Below, in pieces: positions 7,929 to 17,540 of a DNA stretch of 60,898 bases (the first letter of the stretch is position 1; each line of letters begins with the position of its first letter). A model generated the notes under the pieces. It ran no database searches. It was not told the origin of the DNA and worked only from the letters and a program-made list of their open reading frames with translations. The stretch lies in the NCBI GenBank assembly GCA_027031485.1, contig JALVQI010000229.1:1-60898 (forward strand), in the 5' to 3' direction. Source of the DNA: Candidatus Aminicenantes bacterium. GTDB lineage: Bacteria > Acidobacteriota > Aminicenantia > JAMOAD01. The translations under genes and the position numbers were made by a program.

Positions 7929-9475
7929 AAAAAGGGAAAGAGAAAAGAAAAAATATAAAAGAATATGCTAACACTATAAAAAGAAAAAACTATCGCCAAT
8001 CCTATTGAAAACAGAGAAAAGCTCAAAAGTCTTACCTTCGAAGGATTCAAATTATCTAAAATTAAGAGGGATAGAAAATATGGGAATAAAATCAAGAATA
8101 ACGATAGAGTGGTAAAAGAGTAAATTCTGTCTGATAAGAATGAAAAAAGCTTTAAGGATAAAATAAAGTTTAAAACAAAGGAAACAATAAGAAATAAAAT
8201 AGTAGTGGTTTTTCCCCTCTTAAACAAAAAAGGCGGAGTAAGAATTATTAAAACAATCAGAAAGATTTCTATCAAAGTGTAAATTATATTAAAAGCTTTT
8301 TCCCTTTTCGCAGAGGAGAAAATTTTTACCCTTTTTTTTGAAGCGGTAAGGAAAATATATCCACCTTTTTTTATGTGTTTGTTTAATAAATTCAAATATT
8401 TCATATTATAAAAATCCAAACCTTTCACAGAGTCTTCTCTCTTTATAATAAGCTCAAATTTTAATTTTGAGTTTTTTAAAAAGGTTTCTCCATTCGTTTT
8501 CAAAATATTAATATTAGCCTTCCTCATGTATAAAATAATTGAAGGATAATCATAGTAAATTCTATCCTTTAACCCCTCATCCTCAAATGAGTAAAATATT
8601 TTAAAAAGCCCATTCTCTAAAAAAATATCAATAATCTTAGGGTTTTCTCCTGAAATAAATATTTTACCAAATTTAATCCCCTTCTCTTTTAAAATCCTCT
8701 TTATTCTTTCTTCTAAAAATTCATTTTTATAAGGAAATGAGAAAAGAGGATAAAGATTTTTATAAAAAAACACCTCCTTTTTACCGAAGGCAACCATATA
8801 TGCACCTTTATCCGTTTCAAAACAGATATTGGGCTTTAAGGGAGTGGATACTTTCTTTAAAATGGTTTTATAGCCCAAAATCATAAATGCAAAAACAGGA
8901 ATAACATATAAAATCGGTATAATCCTTCTTCTCCCCCTCTCAACAAAAACAATTAAAAAACCAAGATAAATAATTCCGAGTGTTCCACATATATACCAGC
9001 TATTTAATCTTTTGGCCAGAATAAAAAAGATAAAAAATGGAGAAAGGGAAAATGAAAATAGCGAAATTTTGAATGAGCTCCGGAGATTATCGGATTCTCT
9101 TAAAATCTTACCCAAGATCAACCCTGAAAATAAAAAGGGAAGAGGTAAAAAAAGGAAAGATAAAAAAAATAACCCTGATATTTGCCGGGAAGATGGAGTA
9201 AGCTTTAGATTTATACATAAGATATAATATACAAGATAACCACCCAAAAATGCCCAAAAAATATAATTTTTTGTATCTTCCATCTTGTTATAAGAGGACT
9301 TAAAAAAAACACCCATTACAAAAAACAAAAGGAGAACAAAGACAGAAAATCCGATCCTTAATAGATTAAAATGAGTTATCAAAACAAGATACTTCACTAT
9401 TATGCTTAGGAACCCAAAGCTCATAAATGAGAGTAAAAAATTGTAGAAATTAAGTTCGGTCTTTTTATCAATCAC
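7880..9475 (-). CDS. Polytopic membrane protein resembling a degenerate membrane-fused spermidine-synthase-like protein
   Basis: TM blocks flank a soluble domain with NGETFLKNSKLKFELII and NKHIKKGGYIF, similar to SAM-fold motifs. No Gly-rich SAM-binding loop is visible. Confidence 0.5.
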   Translation of the reverse strand: MIDKKTELNFYNFLLSFMSFGFLSIIVKYLVLITHFNLLRIGFSVFVLLLFFVMGVFFKSSYNKMEDTKNYIFWAFLGGYLVYYILCINLKLTPSSRQISGLFFLSFLFLPLPFLFSGLILGKILRESDNLRSSFKISLFSFSLSPFFIFFILAKRLNSWYICGTLGIIYLGFLIVFVERGRRRIIPILYVIPVFAFMILGYKTILKKVSTPLKPNICFETDKGAYMVAFGKKEVFFYKNLYPLFSFPYKNEFLEERIKRILKEKGIKFGKIFISGENPKIIDIFLENGLFKIFYSFEDEGLKDRIYYDYPSIILYMRKANINILKTNGETFLKNSKLKFELIIKREDSVKGLDFYNMKYLNLLNKHIKKGGYIFLTASKKRVKIFSSAKREKAFNIIYTLIEIFLIVLIILTPPFLFKRGKTTTILFLIVSFVLNFILSLKLFSFLSDRIYSFTTLSLFLILFPYFLSLLILDNLNPSKVRLLSFSLFSIGLAIVFSFYSVSIFFYIFSFLFPFFYFPLYFKRIGGISGL

Positions 9476-10356
9476 TTAGGTTTCCTATCTTTCAATACTT
9501 TTTTCGTAAAATAAGAAGAGATTCCTTTCAATGGATCACTATCAGTATAGAGATCAATTAACTCTATTCCTTTTGATAAAACCGATTTTTTAAATCTACT
9601 TAACATTGTATTATAAGTATTTTTATAAGTATAAAGAGCCTCTCTATCAGAAAAATCAACAGACTTGAACATATAGCTTTCGGGATCAAAAAAATTAAAA
9701 ATTCCGCTTTCAGGGGGATTCTCTTCAACCGGATCCCTTAACATTATAAAAAAGAGATTATTCTTTTTACTTAATCCCAAAAATTTATTTTCAAAATAGA
9801 AAGGTAAAAAATCAGAGACAACAAAAATCAGAGATCTCCTTTTTACCACATTTAAATAGAACTCTATCAAAGGGAGAAAATCCGTTTTTTTCTTTTCCTG
9901 ATTTTTATTCTTTAAAATAAGAGTGTAGTTTGAAAAAAGTCTTTTATCCCCTCTCAAAGGAGGAAGAAAATTCTCTATATCAGAAGAAAAAAGAGTCAAT
10001 GAAACAGGATCCCCATTCTTTAAAGCAATGGCACCTAAAATCGTTGAAATTTCCGCAGCATAATCTATCTTTTCCTTTCCCTTTATACCCACATTCATGG
10101 AGGAGCTAATATCAACAGCAATATAAACAGGAATGTTTCTTTCCTCCTTATACTCTTTAACAAACAATTTACCCATTCTTGAACTTGTATTCCACTCAAT
10201 ATTTTTATACTCATCAAAAAATGTATACTCTCTGATATTATCAAACTCAATCCCTTCTCCTTTGAATAGAGATTTATAAACTCCACTTAACTCACTTTCA
10301 CTCTTCTTCTTTAATTCTATAATTATCCTGTTCAATATTCTGTCATTAATAATCAT
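9472..10356 (-). CDS. DUF58 domain (VWA-like, MoxR-associated) protein
   Basis: GEGIEFDNIREY, IEWNTSSR, VKEYKEER, VDISSSM and VVSDF. Confidence 0.9.
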   Translation of the reverse strand: MIINDRILNRIIIELKKKSESELSGVYKSLFKGEGIEFDNIREYTFFDEYKNIEWNTSSRMGKLFVKEYKEERNIPVYIAVDISSSMNVGIKGKEKIDYAAEISTILGAIALKNGDPVSLTLFSSDIENFLPPLRGDKRLFSNYTLILKNKNQEKKKTDFLPLIEFYLNVVKRRSLIFVVSDFLPFYFENKFLGLSKKNNLFFIMLRDPVEENPPESGIFNFFDPESYMFKSVDFSDREALYTYKNTYNTMLSRFKKSVLSKGIELIDLYTDSDPLKGISSYFTKKVLKDRKPK

Positions 10357-10448
10357 AAAAAATTATATCTTATTGAAATACATATTACAAAAAAGTATTG
10401 AGCTATGAACGAATTCGGGGATTGTGAACAGGAAAGTAGGAGATATAA

Positions 10449-10477
10449 TGTAGGGCAATTCATGAATTGCCACTACA
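10449..10477. repeat. GTAG-type REP-like palindrome
   Basis: TGTAG-GGCAATTCATGAATTGCC-ACTACA has a perfect 18-bp palindromic core with GTAG/CTAC feet and lies in an intergenic position. Confidence 0.7.
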
Positions 10478-10554
10478 GGTGTTCAATGCTAACTTTTTAC
10501 CCAAGATGAAGTACACACATTTCAATAATCATTTTACAAGCAATAGTTAGAAAT

Positions 10555-11088
10555 TCACTGTTTTTTATTCTTACTTTTTTCTTTTGTGCTTTCCATATCT
10601 TTCAGAACTTTTTCCTCCATAACCTTCCAATCAAATTTTTTAAAAAGAGTCAGAGCCTTTTTATAATGAATTTTTTTAAATTCCATTATAAGTGCCCCGA
10701 ATATATTCTCTTTATTTTTAAAAGGGAGTATTATCTCCCCCTCTTTTTTATTTTTATTATAATAGATCCCGAAATTAAAACCCGAAATTTCTTCTGTTTT
10801 TCTCCAGGCAACATCTCTATCATAGCTCAGGTTTAAAGAATAAGGTTTCCACAAAGCGGAAACTCCGGGTCCTCCAAGTAAGATAATTTTGAAAGATTTT
10901 TCTCCGTTTGAATAACTTTTTTCAATTCTCAATGTATAAACCCTTTCAATATTTATTCTACCACCCACAGGCTCTTCAGCTTTCCAATCAGGGATATCAA
11001 TCAATAATTTATTAAATTCCTCAAAATTAACGGAAAACAGAAAGGATATAATGAGAATAATTGAGACAAAAAACAGGGTTTTTTTCAT
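10555..11088 (-). CDS. Secreted hypothetical protein
   Basis: 177-aa ORF with an N-terminal signal peptide; start overlaps the upstream stop. Confidence 0.7.
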   Translation of the reverse strand: MKKTLFFVSIILIISFLFSVNFEEFNKLLIDIPDWKAEEPVGGRINIERVYTLRIEKSYSNGEKSFKIILLGGPGVSALWKPYSLNLSYDRDVAWRKTEEISGFNFGIYYNKNKKEGEIILPFKNKENIFGALIMEFKKIHYKKALTLFKKFDWKVMEEKVLKDMESTKEKSKNKKQ

Positions 11089-11498
11089 TTCCCTTTTATT
11101 GAATAAAGTCCCTCTTTTTCAAGCTCTTTAACTATCTCTTTTAATATCTCAAATATATGTTCTCTTAAAAACTTTTCATGTTCGGGGATTCTCTGCTCTA
11201 AAACAAGTTCCGCAAATTCATCAAAATTCGGTTTGGGGTAAGTTTTATCATAGCTATCAAGTATTTCAAATATATGCTCCAATATCTCATCTGCAAAGGA
11301 ACCTACAAGCCAGACTCCCGGATGAATGGAACCAACCTCCTTGATATTAAATTTAATGGACTTTATTGCCCTGGGGATAAAATCAAAGTTTTCATCGGCA
11401 GGAAATCCGCAGTGGGGGCAAAGGCTTTTCTCCTTATAGGGTATGAATTTATAACCACACTTTTTGCAAATATACTCATATCCGATATGAAGTGTCAT
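11085..11498 (-). CDS. Zinc-ribbon hypothetical protein
   Basis: CKKCG...CPHCG near the N-terminus; AGGAG RBS. Confidence 0.7.
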   Translation of the reverse strand: MTLHIGYEYICKKCGYKFIPYKEKSLCPHCGFPADENFDFIPRAIKSIKFNIKEVGSIHPGVWLVGSFADEILEHIFEILDSYDKTYPKPNFDEFAELVLEQRIPEHEKFLREHIFEILKEIVKELEKEGLYSIKGK

Positions 11499-11613
11499 TT
11501 CTCTCCTTTTTGCATATTATATTAAAAATAGACAACTCATGCAATATTACTCTTGCCAAAATCGGAAAAAAAGGTATAAAATATACTACTTTAAAAAACA
11601 ATGGAGGAAAATA

Positions 11614-12174
11614 TTGAAGAAAGCTTTAATAACTACATTTTTACTTCTAACCCTTTTTTCATTTTCTTTTGGGAAAATTAACGGATTTTCAGAGATCTCT
11701 TTAAATCTTCTTCTTCCTGCTGATCAAAATTTCAAAGATGCCTATTCAAATACCGTATTTTTGCCCTCTCTTTACGCAGGTATTCACATATACAGGGATT
11801 TTTTTGTCTGGGCCGGTTATCGCCTCTTTACCCAAAAGGGAGAGACAACTGCTTTAAAGGATGAAATCAAATACACCGAATATGATACTGGAGTCGGTTT
11901 GGGTTATTCAAAAGAATTAAATGAAAGCCTCAGTGTTGCTATTTATTCAGGTTTTTATTTCATAGCCTTTAAAGAAGAATTAACAGGCTCGGAAAAGGTT
12001 TCAAGAGATTCCACATTGGCTCTGACAGCGGGAGTATCGGTAAAATACAAAATTAAAAATCCCTTTTATGTTTTAATTGGAGCGAATTACACAGGAGGCC
12101 AAAATAACTCCTACAATCCTCCCGCAAAATTAGGCGGAATAATTGCTAAGGCAGGCTTTGGAATTAACTTTTAA
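11614..12174 (+). CDS. Small outer-membrane beta-barrel protein
   Basis: Probable TTG start at 11614 after GGAGG; signal peptide; amphipathic beta strands; C-terminal AGFGINF (BAM-type signal). Confidence 0.75.
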   Translation: MKKALITTFLLLTLFSFSFGKINGFSEISLNLLLPADQNFKDAYSNTVFLPSLYAGIHIYRDFFVWAGYRLFTQKGETTALKDEIKYTEYDTGVGLGYSKELNESLSVAIYSGFYFIAFKEELTGSEKVSRDSTLALTAGVSVKYKIKNPFYVLIGANYTGGQNNSYNPPAKLGGIIAKAGFGINF

Positions 12175-12189
12175 ATAAAACCGTTCAAA

Positions 12190-12218
12190 TTGACTGCTTT
12201 TTTGCAATTATTTAGAAT
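12190..12218 (+). promoter_or_regulatory. Sigma70-type promoter, leaderless geometry
   Basis: TTGACT-17 nt-TAGAAT, 5 nt before ATG 12224, with no SD. Confidence 0.65.
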
Positions 12219-12223
12219 TCACA

Positions 12224-13864
12224 ATGAATCGTAAGTTTGTTCTTCTTCTTATACTATTTCTACTAACTATAATAATCAGAATCCCAAGGATTGAATCGGA
12301 TCCTCCTTCCATCGTTGCTTCAATATCAGGCAGCGCCAGTATATTCTGTGATGAGGGGATGTACCCTCATAATGCGAGGAATAAAATTCTTTTCAACAAA
12401 TGGGTTACAGATGATTGGAATCCATTTATTTACAACCCGATATTAACTATTCTATATTATCTGACATTTTTGATTTTCGGAGTAAAGATATTATTTGTAA
12501 AATTATGGAATCTTTTGTTTGCTTCCATTTCAGTTCTCTTATTCTTTTATATTGGGAATAAAAAGAAGATTAATATATGGTTACTCTTTCTCCTCTCTCT
12601 ACTCTTTTCATTTGATTTCTACTGGATTAATTATAGCAGAGTCGGACTTCTGGAAAATTTTTCAACTCTTTTTTTCATTCTCTCCTTTGTTTATTTTCTC
12701 AAGATTGAAGATAATCAGAAAAATGCATTTTTATCAGGAATGTTCGCTACCATTGCAATCCTATCAAAATATCTTTTCGCATACTTTTTATTTGCAACTT
12801 TTATTTCAATCCTTTTTTACACATTAAAGAAGAAAAATAAAAAGATCTTACTCTTTTTCACAGGAGGAGTGCTTACAACATTTTTACTCTGGTTGTTTAC
12901 AATATATTTACCAAATTTGAAATATTTTCACAAAATCGGAAATGCCTGGAGCTCTCAGAGTATTCCCCATACGACAAAAAGAATCTTTCATAATCTTATC
13001 AATAACTCCTTACCACGATACTTCTCAATTTCACCCCTAATCTTTTACATAGGGATTTTGTTCATTTCACTTATAATTGTGAAAGTCTTGCTGAGAATGG
13101 AAATAAAAGCTGATGAAGTTTATCTCTTTCTCTGGATCTCTTTTTCCTTTTTTCAAATCGGGATATTAAACTATCAGCCTTTAAGATACTATTTGCCTCT
13201 GATTCCCGCTTTGTTTCTGGCGTTTTCATACATTTTTTCCTATATTAATTCAGAGCAAAACAGACTAAAGTTTTCCTTTTTATCCATTTTTTTAAGTATG
13301 GCTTTTACTTTTATGTTTTTCCGCTCTTTTTCAAAACTTTTGCTTAAACCTCCGTCAGCTTTTTTTGTTTATCCCTTAATCTTCAGAATCACTCTCATAA
13401 TAGCCACACTGCTTTTTCTATACCTATTCATAGGAGGAATAAATAAATTTAAAATAAAAAAAACATTTATAACCATCTTAATTTTTGCTATTATTCTCTG
13501 GGGTGAAATATGGCTGCAATTCAGATTCGGATTCCAGACAAAATACAATTTGAAAAACATAAATACCTATATGGAAAAGAAATTAAATAGGGATAGCTTT
13601 ATAGTCGGACAATGTGCATTGAGAGCTGTTTTTGACACTAAATTAAAAGCAATCCCGGCATACAAAGGCTGGTTCAATGATAAAAACTTATTTCAAAGAT
13701 ATCCTATCACCCATCTTTTGATGTTAAAAAGATTCAACGAGCTCTCATGGATAGTTCATAGATATCCTCAAATCAAAAACAGATTAGAACTAATAAAAAC
13801 ATTCCCTATCTGGGATACAAAACTAATTTTCTATAAATTAAACAAAAAAAAGGAGGAAAAATGA
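12224..13864 (+). CDS. GT-C fold membrane glycosyltransferase (ArnT/PMT, GT39/GT83-like)
   Basis: DEG acidic motif after the first TM, then NP, SRVGLLE, AILSK and RYYLPLIP. Many TMs and a periplasmic C-terminal domain. Confidence 0.8.
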   Translation: MNRKFVLLLILFLLTIIIRIPRIESDPPSIVASISGSASIFCDEGMYPHNARNKILFNKWVTDDWNPFIYNPILTILYYLTFLIFGVKILFVKLWNLLFASISVLLFFYIGNKKKINIWLLFLLSLLFSFDFYWINYSRVGLLENFSTLFFILSFVYFLKIEDNQKNAFLSGMFATIAILSKYLFAYFLFATFISILFYTLKKKNKKILLFFTGGVLTTFLLWLFTIYLPNLKYFHKIGNAWSSQSIPHTTKRIFHNLINNSLPRYFSISPLIFYIGILFISLIIVKVLLRMEIKADEVYLFLWISFSFFQIGILNYQPLRYYLPLIPALFLAFSYIFSYINSEQNRLKFSFLSIFLSMAFTFMFFRSFSKLLLKPPSAFFVYPLIFRITLIIATLLFLYLFIGGINKFKIKKTFITILIFAIILWGEIWLQFRFGFQTKYNLKNINTYMEKKLNRDSFIVGQCALRAVFDTKLKAIPAYKGWFNDKNLFQRYPITHLLMLKRFNELSWIVHRYPQIKNRLELIKTFPIWDTKLIFYKLNKKKEEK

Positions 13865-15603
13865 TAAAAAGAAATCTTATTTTAACAATTCTTTTAAGTT
13901 TGTTATTAACTTTATCCGTTCAATCTCAGGAACTAAAGTTCAAAGATATAACCGCACAAGCCGGCTTATCATTGGTTGATCGATTGGGAGGACACGGAAC
14001 CGCCTGCGGAGATCTTAATAATGATGGCTGGATGGATTTTGTTATTACCAATTCATACAATCCTCAATTTGTATATATAAATCAAAAAAACGGTAAGTTC
14101 AGTCTTACAAAAATTGAAAATCATTATCTCAGCCATCAGGCATTGTTGGTGGATATAGACAATGACGGAGATCTTGACTTTGTAATAGCCAATGCTGGTA
14201 ACGGAGAGCCAAGTAAACTTTATCTTAATAATGGAAATGGCCAATTTACATTTAAAAATAGTGCATTAAAAACAAGTCCGGGAGGAACCAGGGGAACAAC
14301 TGCAAGCGACTTTAACAAAGACGGCTATCTGGACCTTTATACCGTAAATTTTTTATTTCCCAATCAACTTTTTATCAATCACGAAGGAAACTATTTTTCA
14401 GAAGAAGCGGAAAACTGGGATATACAGGATAAGGAAACCAATAAGGCGGGAAGTCAGGGGGTTGTTTCCGTAGACATTAATAATGATAAATTGCCCGATA
14501 TTTTTGTTTGCAAATACAAATACAATACAACCATAAACCAAAAACCACTTTTTTACATAAACCATGGAACATACTTTGTAAATGAAGCTCAAAAGAGAAA
14601 CATAAATGTAGAAAATCTCAATGGGGCAACTTTCGCAGACCTGGACAATGACGGAGATCTCGATTTAATATTAGCCAGACAATCTTCAAACAATTATCTT
14701 ACCATCTATAAAAACAATAACGGTTACTTTCAAAATATGACAAATGTTTTGAAAATTCCCCTAATACATAAACCGATATTTAGTATAATAACAGCAGATT
14801 TAAACAATGATGGATTGGAAGATATTTTCGTAGTTGGTTGGTATTCAACAAACAGATTATTTATAAATAAAGGAAATTGGAATTTTGAAAGTATAAATGC
14901 CTCAATTGAAGATTATTATTTGAACGGGAGATCGGGGTCCTTTATCGATTATGATAATGACGGAGACCTGGATATCCTAATAACAGGTTATATTGAACAC
15001 ACAAGACTTTATGAAAATTTGTACAGCGGGAATAATAAATCAATTCAACTGGATATTTTTGCCCCGAGCGGACAAAAAAGCCCTTTTGATTCAATAGTTT
15101 ATCTATATAAAAATTCATATGCTTACGGAACTCCATGGCAAACAAAACATTTAATATCAACTCAGGGCTATCTATCTCAGCCCTCAACAAGAATGCACTT
15201 CGGGGTTGCTCGGGAGAAAAATCTAAGCTGTAAAATTGAATACAATACGGGGGAAGTAAAATATCTTTTTAATATTCAACCTGAAGCTATTCTTTCGGTG
15301 GGGAATGTTCCGGATATTCAAATTTCAAACACTGAAAAAATTTATGACAGAGGTTTTCTTATAAAGAGAGTTATTGATAAGATAGATATTAGTATTACTG
15401 CCACTCAGCCAGTAAATAAAATTTATGTTTTCAGAAAAAGGACAGATGAAGATTCTTCAAACTATAAATTCATCAAAGAGTTTAATGGTAATACAAACAG
15501 CCTTTTGATTGAATCAGATGAAAATAGTTATGACTATGCAATTTATTATACGACAGAAAGCTCTCAAAGCTTTGTTAAATTTGCAAGTGTTTTGAAAAGA
15601 TAG
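13861..15603 (+). CDS. Secreted FG-GAP repeat / CRTAC1-ASPIC-UnbV family protein with an extra C-terminal beta domain
   Basis: Repeated DxxNDGxxD motifs (GDLNNDGWMD, DIDNDGDLD, DLDNDGDLD, DYDNDGDLD) and GYLSQ...HFG (UnbV). Confidence 0.88.
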   Translation: MIKRNLILTILLSLLLTLSVQSQELKFKDITAQAGLSLVDRLGGHGTACGDLNNDGWMDFVITNSYNPQFVYINQKNGKFSLTKIENHYLSHQALLVDIDNDGDLDFVIANAGNGEPSKLYLNNGNGQFTFKNSALKTSPGGTRGTTASDFNKDGYLDLYTVNFLFPNQLFINHEGNYFSEEAENWDIQDKETNKAGSQGVVSVDINNDKLPDIFVCKYKYNTTINQKPLFYINHGTYFVNEAQKRNINVENLNGATFADLDNDGDLDLILARQSSNNYLTIYKNNNGYFQNMTNVLKIPLIHKPIFSIITADLNNDGLEDIFVVGWYSTNRLFINKGNWNFESINASIEDYYLNGRSGSFIDYDNDGDLDILITGYIEHTRLYENLYSGNNKSIQLDIFAPSGQKSPFDSIVYLYKNSYAYGTPWQTKHLISTQGYLSQPSTRMHFGVAREKNLSCKIEYNTGEVKYLFNIQPEAILSVGNVPDIQISNTEKIYDRGFLIKRVIDKIDISITATQPVNKIYVFRKRTDEDSSNYKFIKEFNGNTNSLLIESDENSYDYAIYYTTESSQSFVKFASVLKR

Positions 15604-17538
15604 ATGAAAATCAGAGAGAGTCTTCTGATAATTTTATTTTTTTTTCTGAATATATTCATTTATACAAATATAAAAACTGCGCTTCTTTACTCTCTTTTCC
15701 TCCTTTTTATAATTTTATTAATAAATAAAATAGAAAAATTTTTTTATGAACCAAAAAATTTTTCCAGATTTGAAAGGCAAATAATAAATGCAATCATCGG
15801 ATTCGGGGTTTTCCAGTTCATCTGGCTTATTTTCTCTTTTTTCTCTGGGGGAATAACAAAAACTCTTTTGATTTTTTTTCTTCTTATAACCTTATTATTT
15901 TTTATCAAAAATAAAGAAGAAAAGACAAAAAGAGATGAAATAAAGCTCAACCTATTTATCCTCATTTTTCTTTCTTTGTTCATGTTTCTCATTCTTTACC
16001 CTCCTTTCTCACAATTAGGTAAACCAACTTCCCGTGGAATAGCATACAGAGCCTACTTTAGTTCTGATTATCTGAAACATTATAGTGTAATAAGAGTTCT
16101 TTCCGATTATAAGATTCCCCCTCCCAATCCATACTTTTACGGAGAAAAGCTACACTATTACTGGGTCCCCTATTCAATCCCATCGACAATTTTTCCCATT
16201 ACAAAGAATATAAAATATACTACAATCGGATGGTCTGTAATCTCCAATCTGATTTTTCTGATTCTTCTCTTCTACTTTACTTTAAACTATTTCTCATCAG
16301 ATAAATATAAACTCTTAAAAACTTCTTTCTGGAGTATTTCCGCAATTTTATTCGTCAGTTATGAAGGGTTATTTCTTATTTTCAGAAAAGGGCTCTCAAA
16401 TATCACCGATATTTTCCGAATTTCAAGAAATTATAATATAGATGCTCTGACAAGATGGCTCTGGCACATACCGGAAGTTAACACACTCCTGAGAAGCTTA
16501 TTTTATACACCCCAACACCTTTTTAGTTTAACCTTTCTCTTACTATATCTCCATCTGAAAAAGAAAAACAGATTAAAAAATTCAACAGTTAACCTTCTTT
16601 TAGCCTCCTCTTTAGTATCAAGTATTTTCATAGGTTTGGGCTTTCTTATCATAATCTTATTTGATTATTTTTTTAAATTATTTAAAGAAGAAAACAAAGC
16701 CAGAATTATTAAAGAATCCATTATAACAATAACCTTATCCCTATTTTTATTCTTCTTTTTCTATTTATTAAAAATAATCGTATTGGGTGAGAGAAATATT
16801 TTTATTAAAATTATTCCGATAAAGCTCTGGTTAGGTTTTTTCATTCTAAACTTCGGTTTATTTTTCTTCCTGAGCATACCTACCCTCATAAAAAATTTTA
16901 AGAAGAATTCCAACCTACTATCCGTTATCACCCTAACCTCAATAATTTTAATCTTTAGAATAGAAGGTTTTGAATCAGACATCTCATTAAAATTTTCCCT
17001 TGTACTTTTTCTACTTTTATTCTTATCTTCTCTTGAATTCATAGCTTCCTTCGGAGAAAAAAAGCCCATCTTCCATTTAATACTTATTCTATTACTATTA
17101 CCTTCAGTCTTAACAAGCATAATTGATATCAAAAACAGTTCCGATATTTCCAATAAAAACTTTACATTCTATATCCCCAAAGAAGAGTTTATAATGCTCA
17201 GATGGATTGATAAAAATATCCCAAAAAGTAAAGTGATACAGACATATCCACCTGTAAGAGCTCCTTTTGTCTCTATAATACCTTCCTTTACCGGTTGTCA
17301 AATGTATGTGGGAGACAAAATGCACGGAAGAATCTTCCTTGTAAAAGAGAAACTCTACAAAGATAGAATTAATAGATTAACATTCTTACTGAATAACCCG
17401 GAAGATTTAAAAAATAAGTGTAATAATATTGATTATCTCTTCTGGGGATTAAAAGAGGGAAATTATTTTCATAAAATACCGAAATTAAAAGTCATTAAGA
17501 AAATAAAGAAGGTCTTCCTCTTTAAAATTAAAGAATAA
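15604..17538 (+). CDS. Polytopic membrane protein, probable GT-C glycosyltransferase
   Basis: SDYLKH and PPPNPYFYGEKLHYYW loop motifs, many TMs and a soluble C-terminal domain. Confidence 0.6.
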   Translation: MKIRESLLIILFFFLNIFIYTNIKTALLYSLFLLFIILLINKIEKFFYEPKNFSRFERQIINAIIGFGVFQFIWLIFSFFSGGITKTLLIFFLLITLLFFIKNKEEKTKRDEIKLNLFILIFLSLFMFLILYPPFSQLGKPTSRGIAYRAYFSSDYLKHYSVIRVLSDYKIPPPNPYFYGEKLHYYWVPYSIPSTIFPITKNIKYTTIGWSVISNLIFLILLFYFTLNYFSSDKYKLLKTSFWSISAILFVSYEGLFLIFRKGLSNITDIFRISRNYNIDALTRWLWHIPEVNTLLRSLFYTPQHLFSLTFLLLYLHLKKKNRLKNSTVNLLLASSLVSSIFIGLGFLIIILFDYFFKLFKEENKARIIKESIITITLSLFLFFFFYLLKIIVLGERNIFIKIIPIKLWLGFFILNFGLFFFLSIPTLIKNFKKNSNLLSVITLTSIILIFRIEGFESDISLKFSLVLFLLLFLSSLEFIASFGEKKPIFHLILILLLLPSVLTSIIDIKNSSDISNKNFTFYIPKEEFIMLRWIDKNIPKSKVIQTYPPVRAPFVSIIPSFTGCQMYVGDKMHGRIFLVKEKLYKDRINRLTFLLNNPEDLKNKCNNIDYLFWGLKEGNYFHKIPKLKVIKKIKKVFLFKIKE

Positions 17539-17540
17539 AT

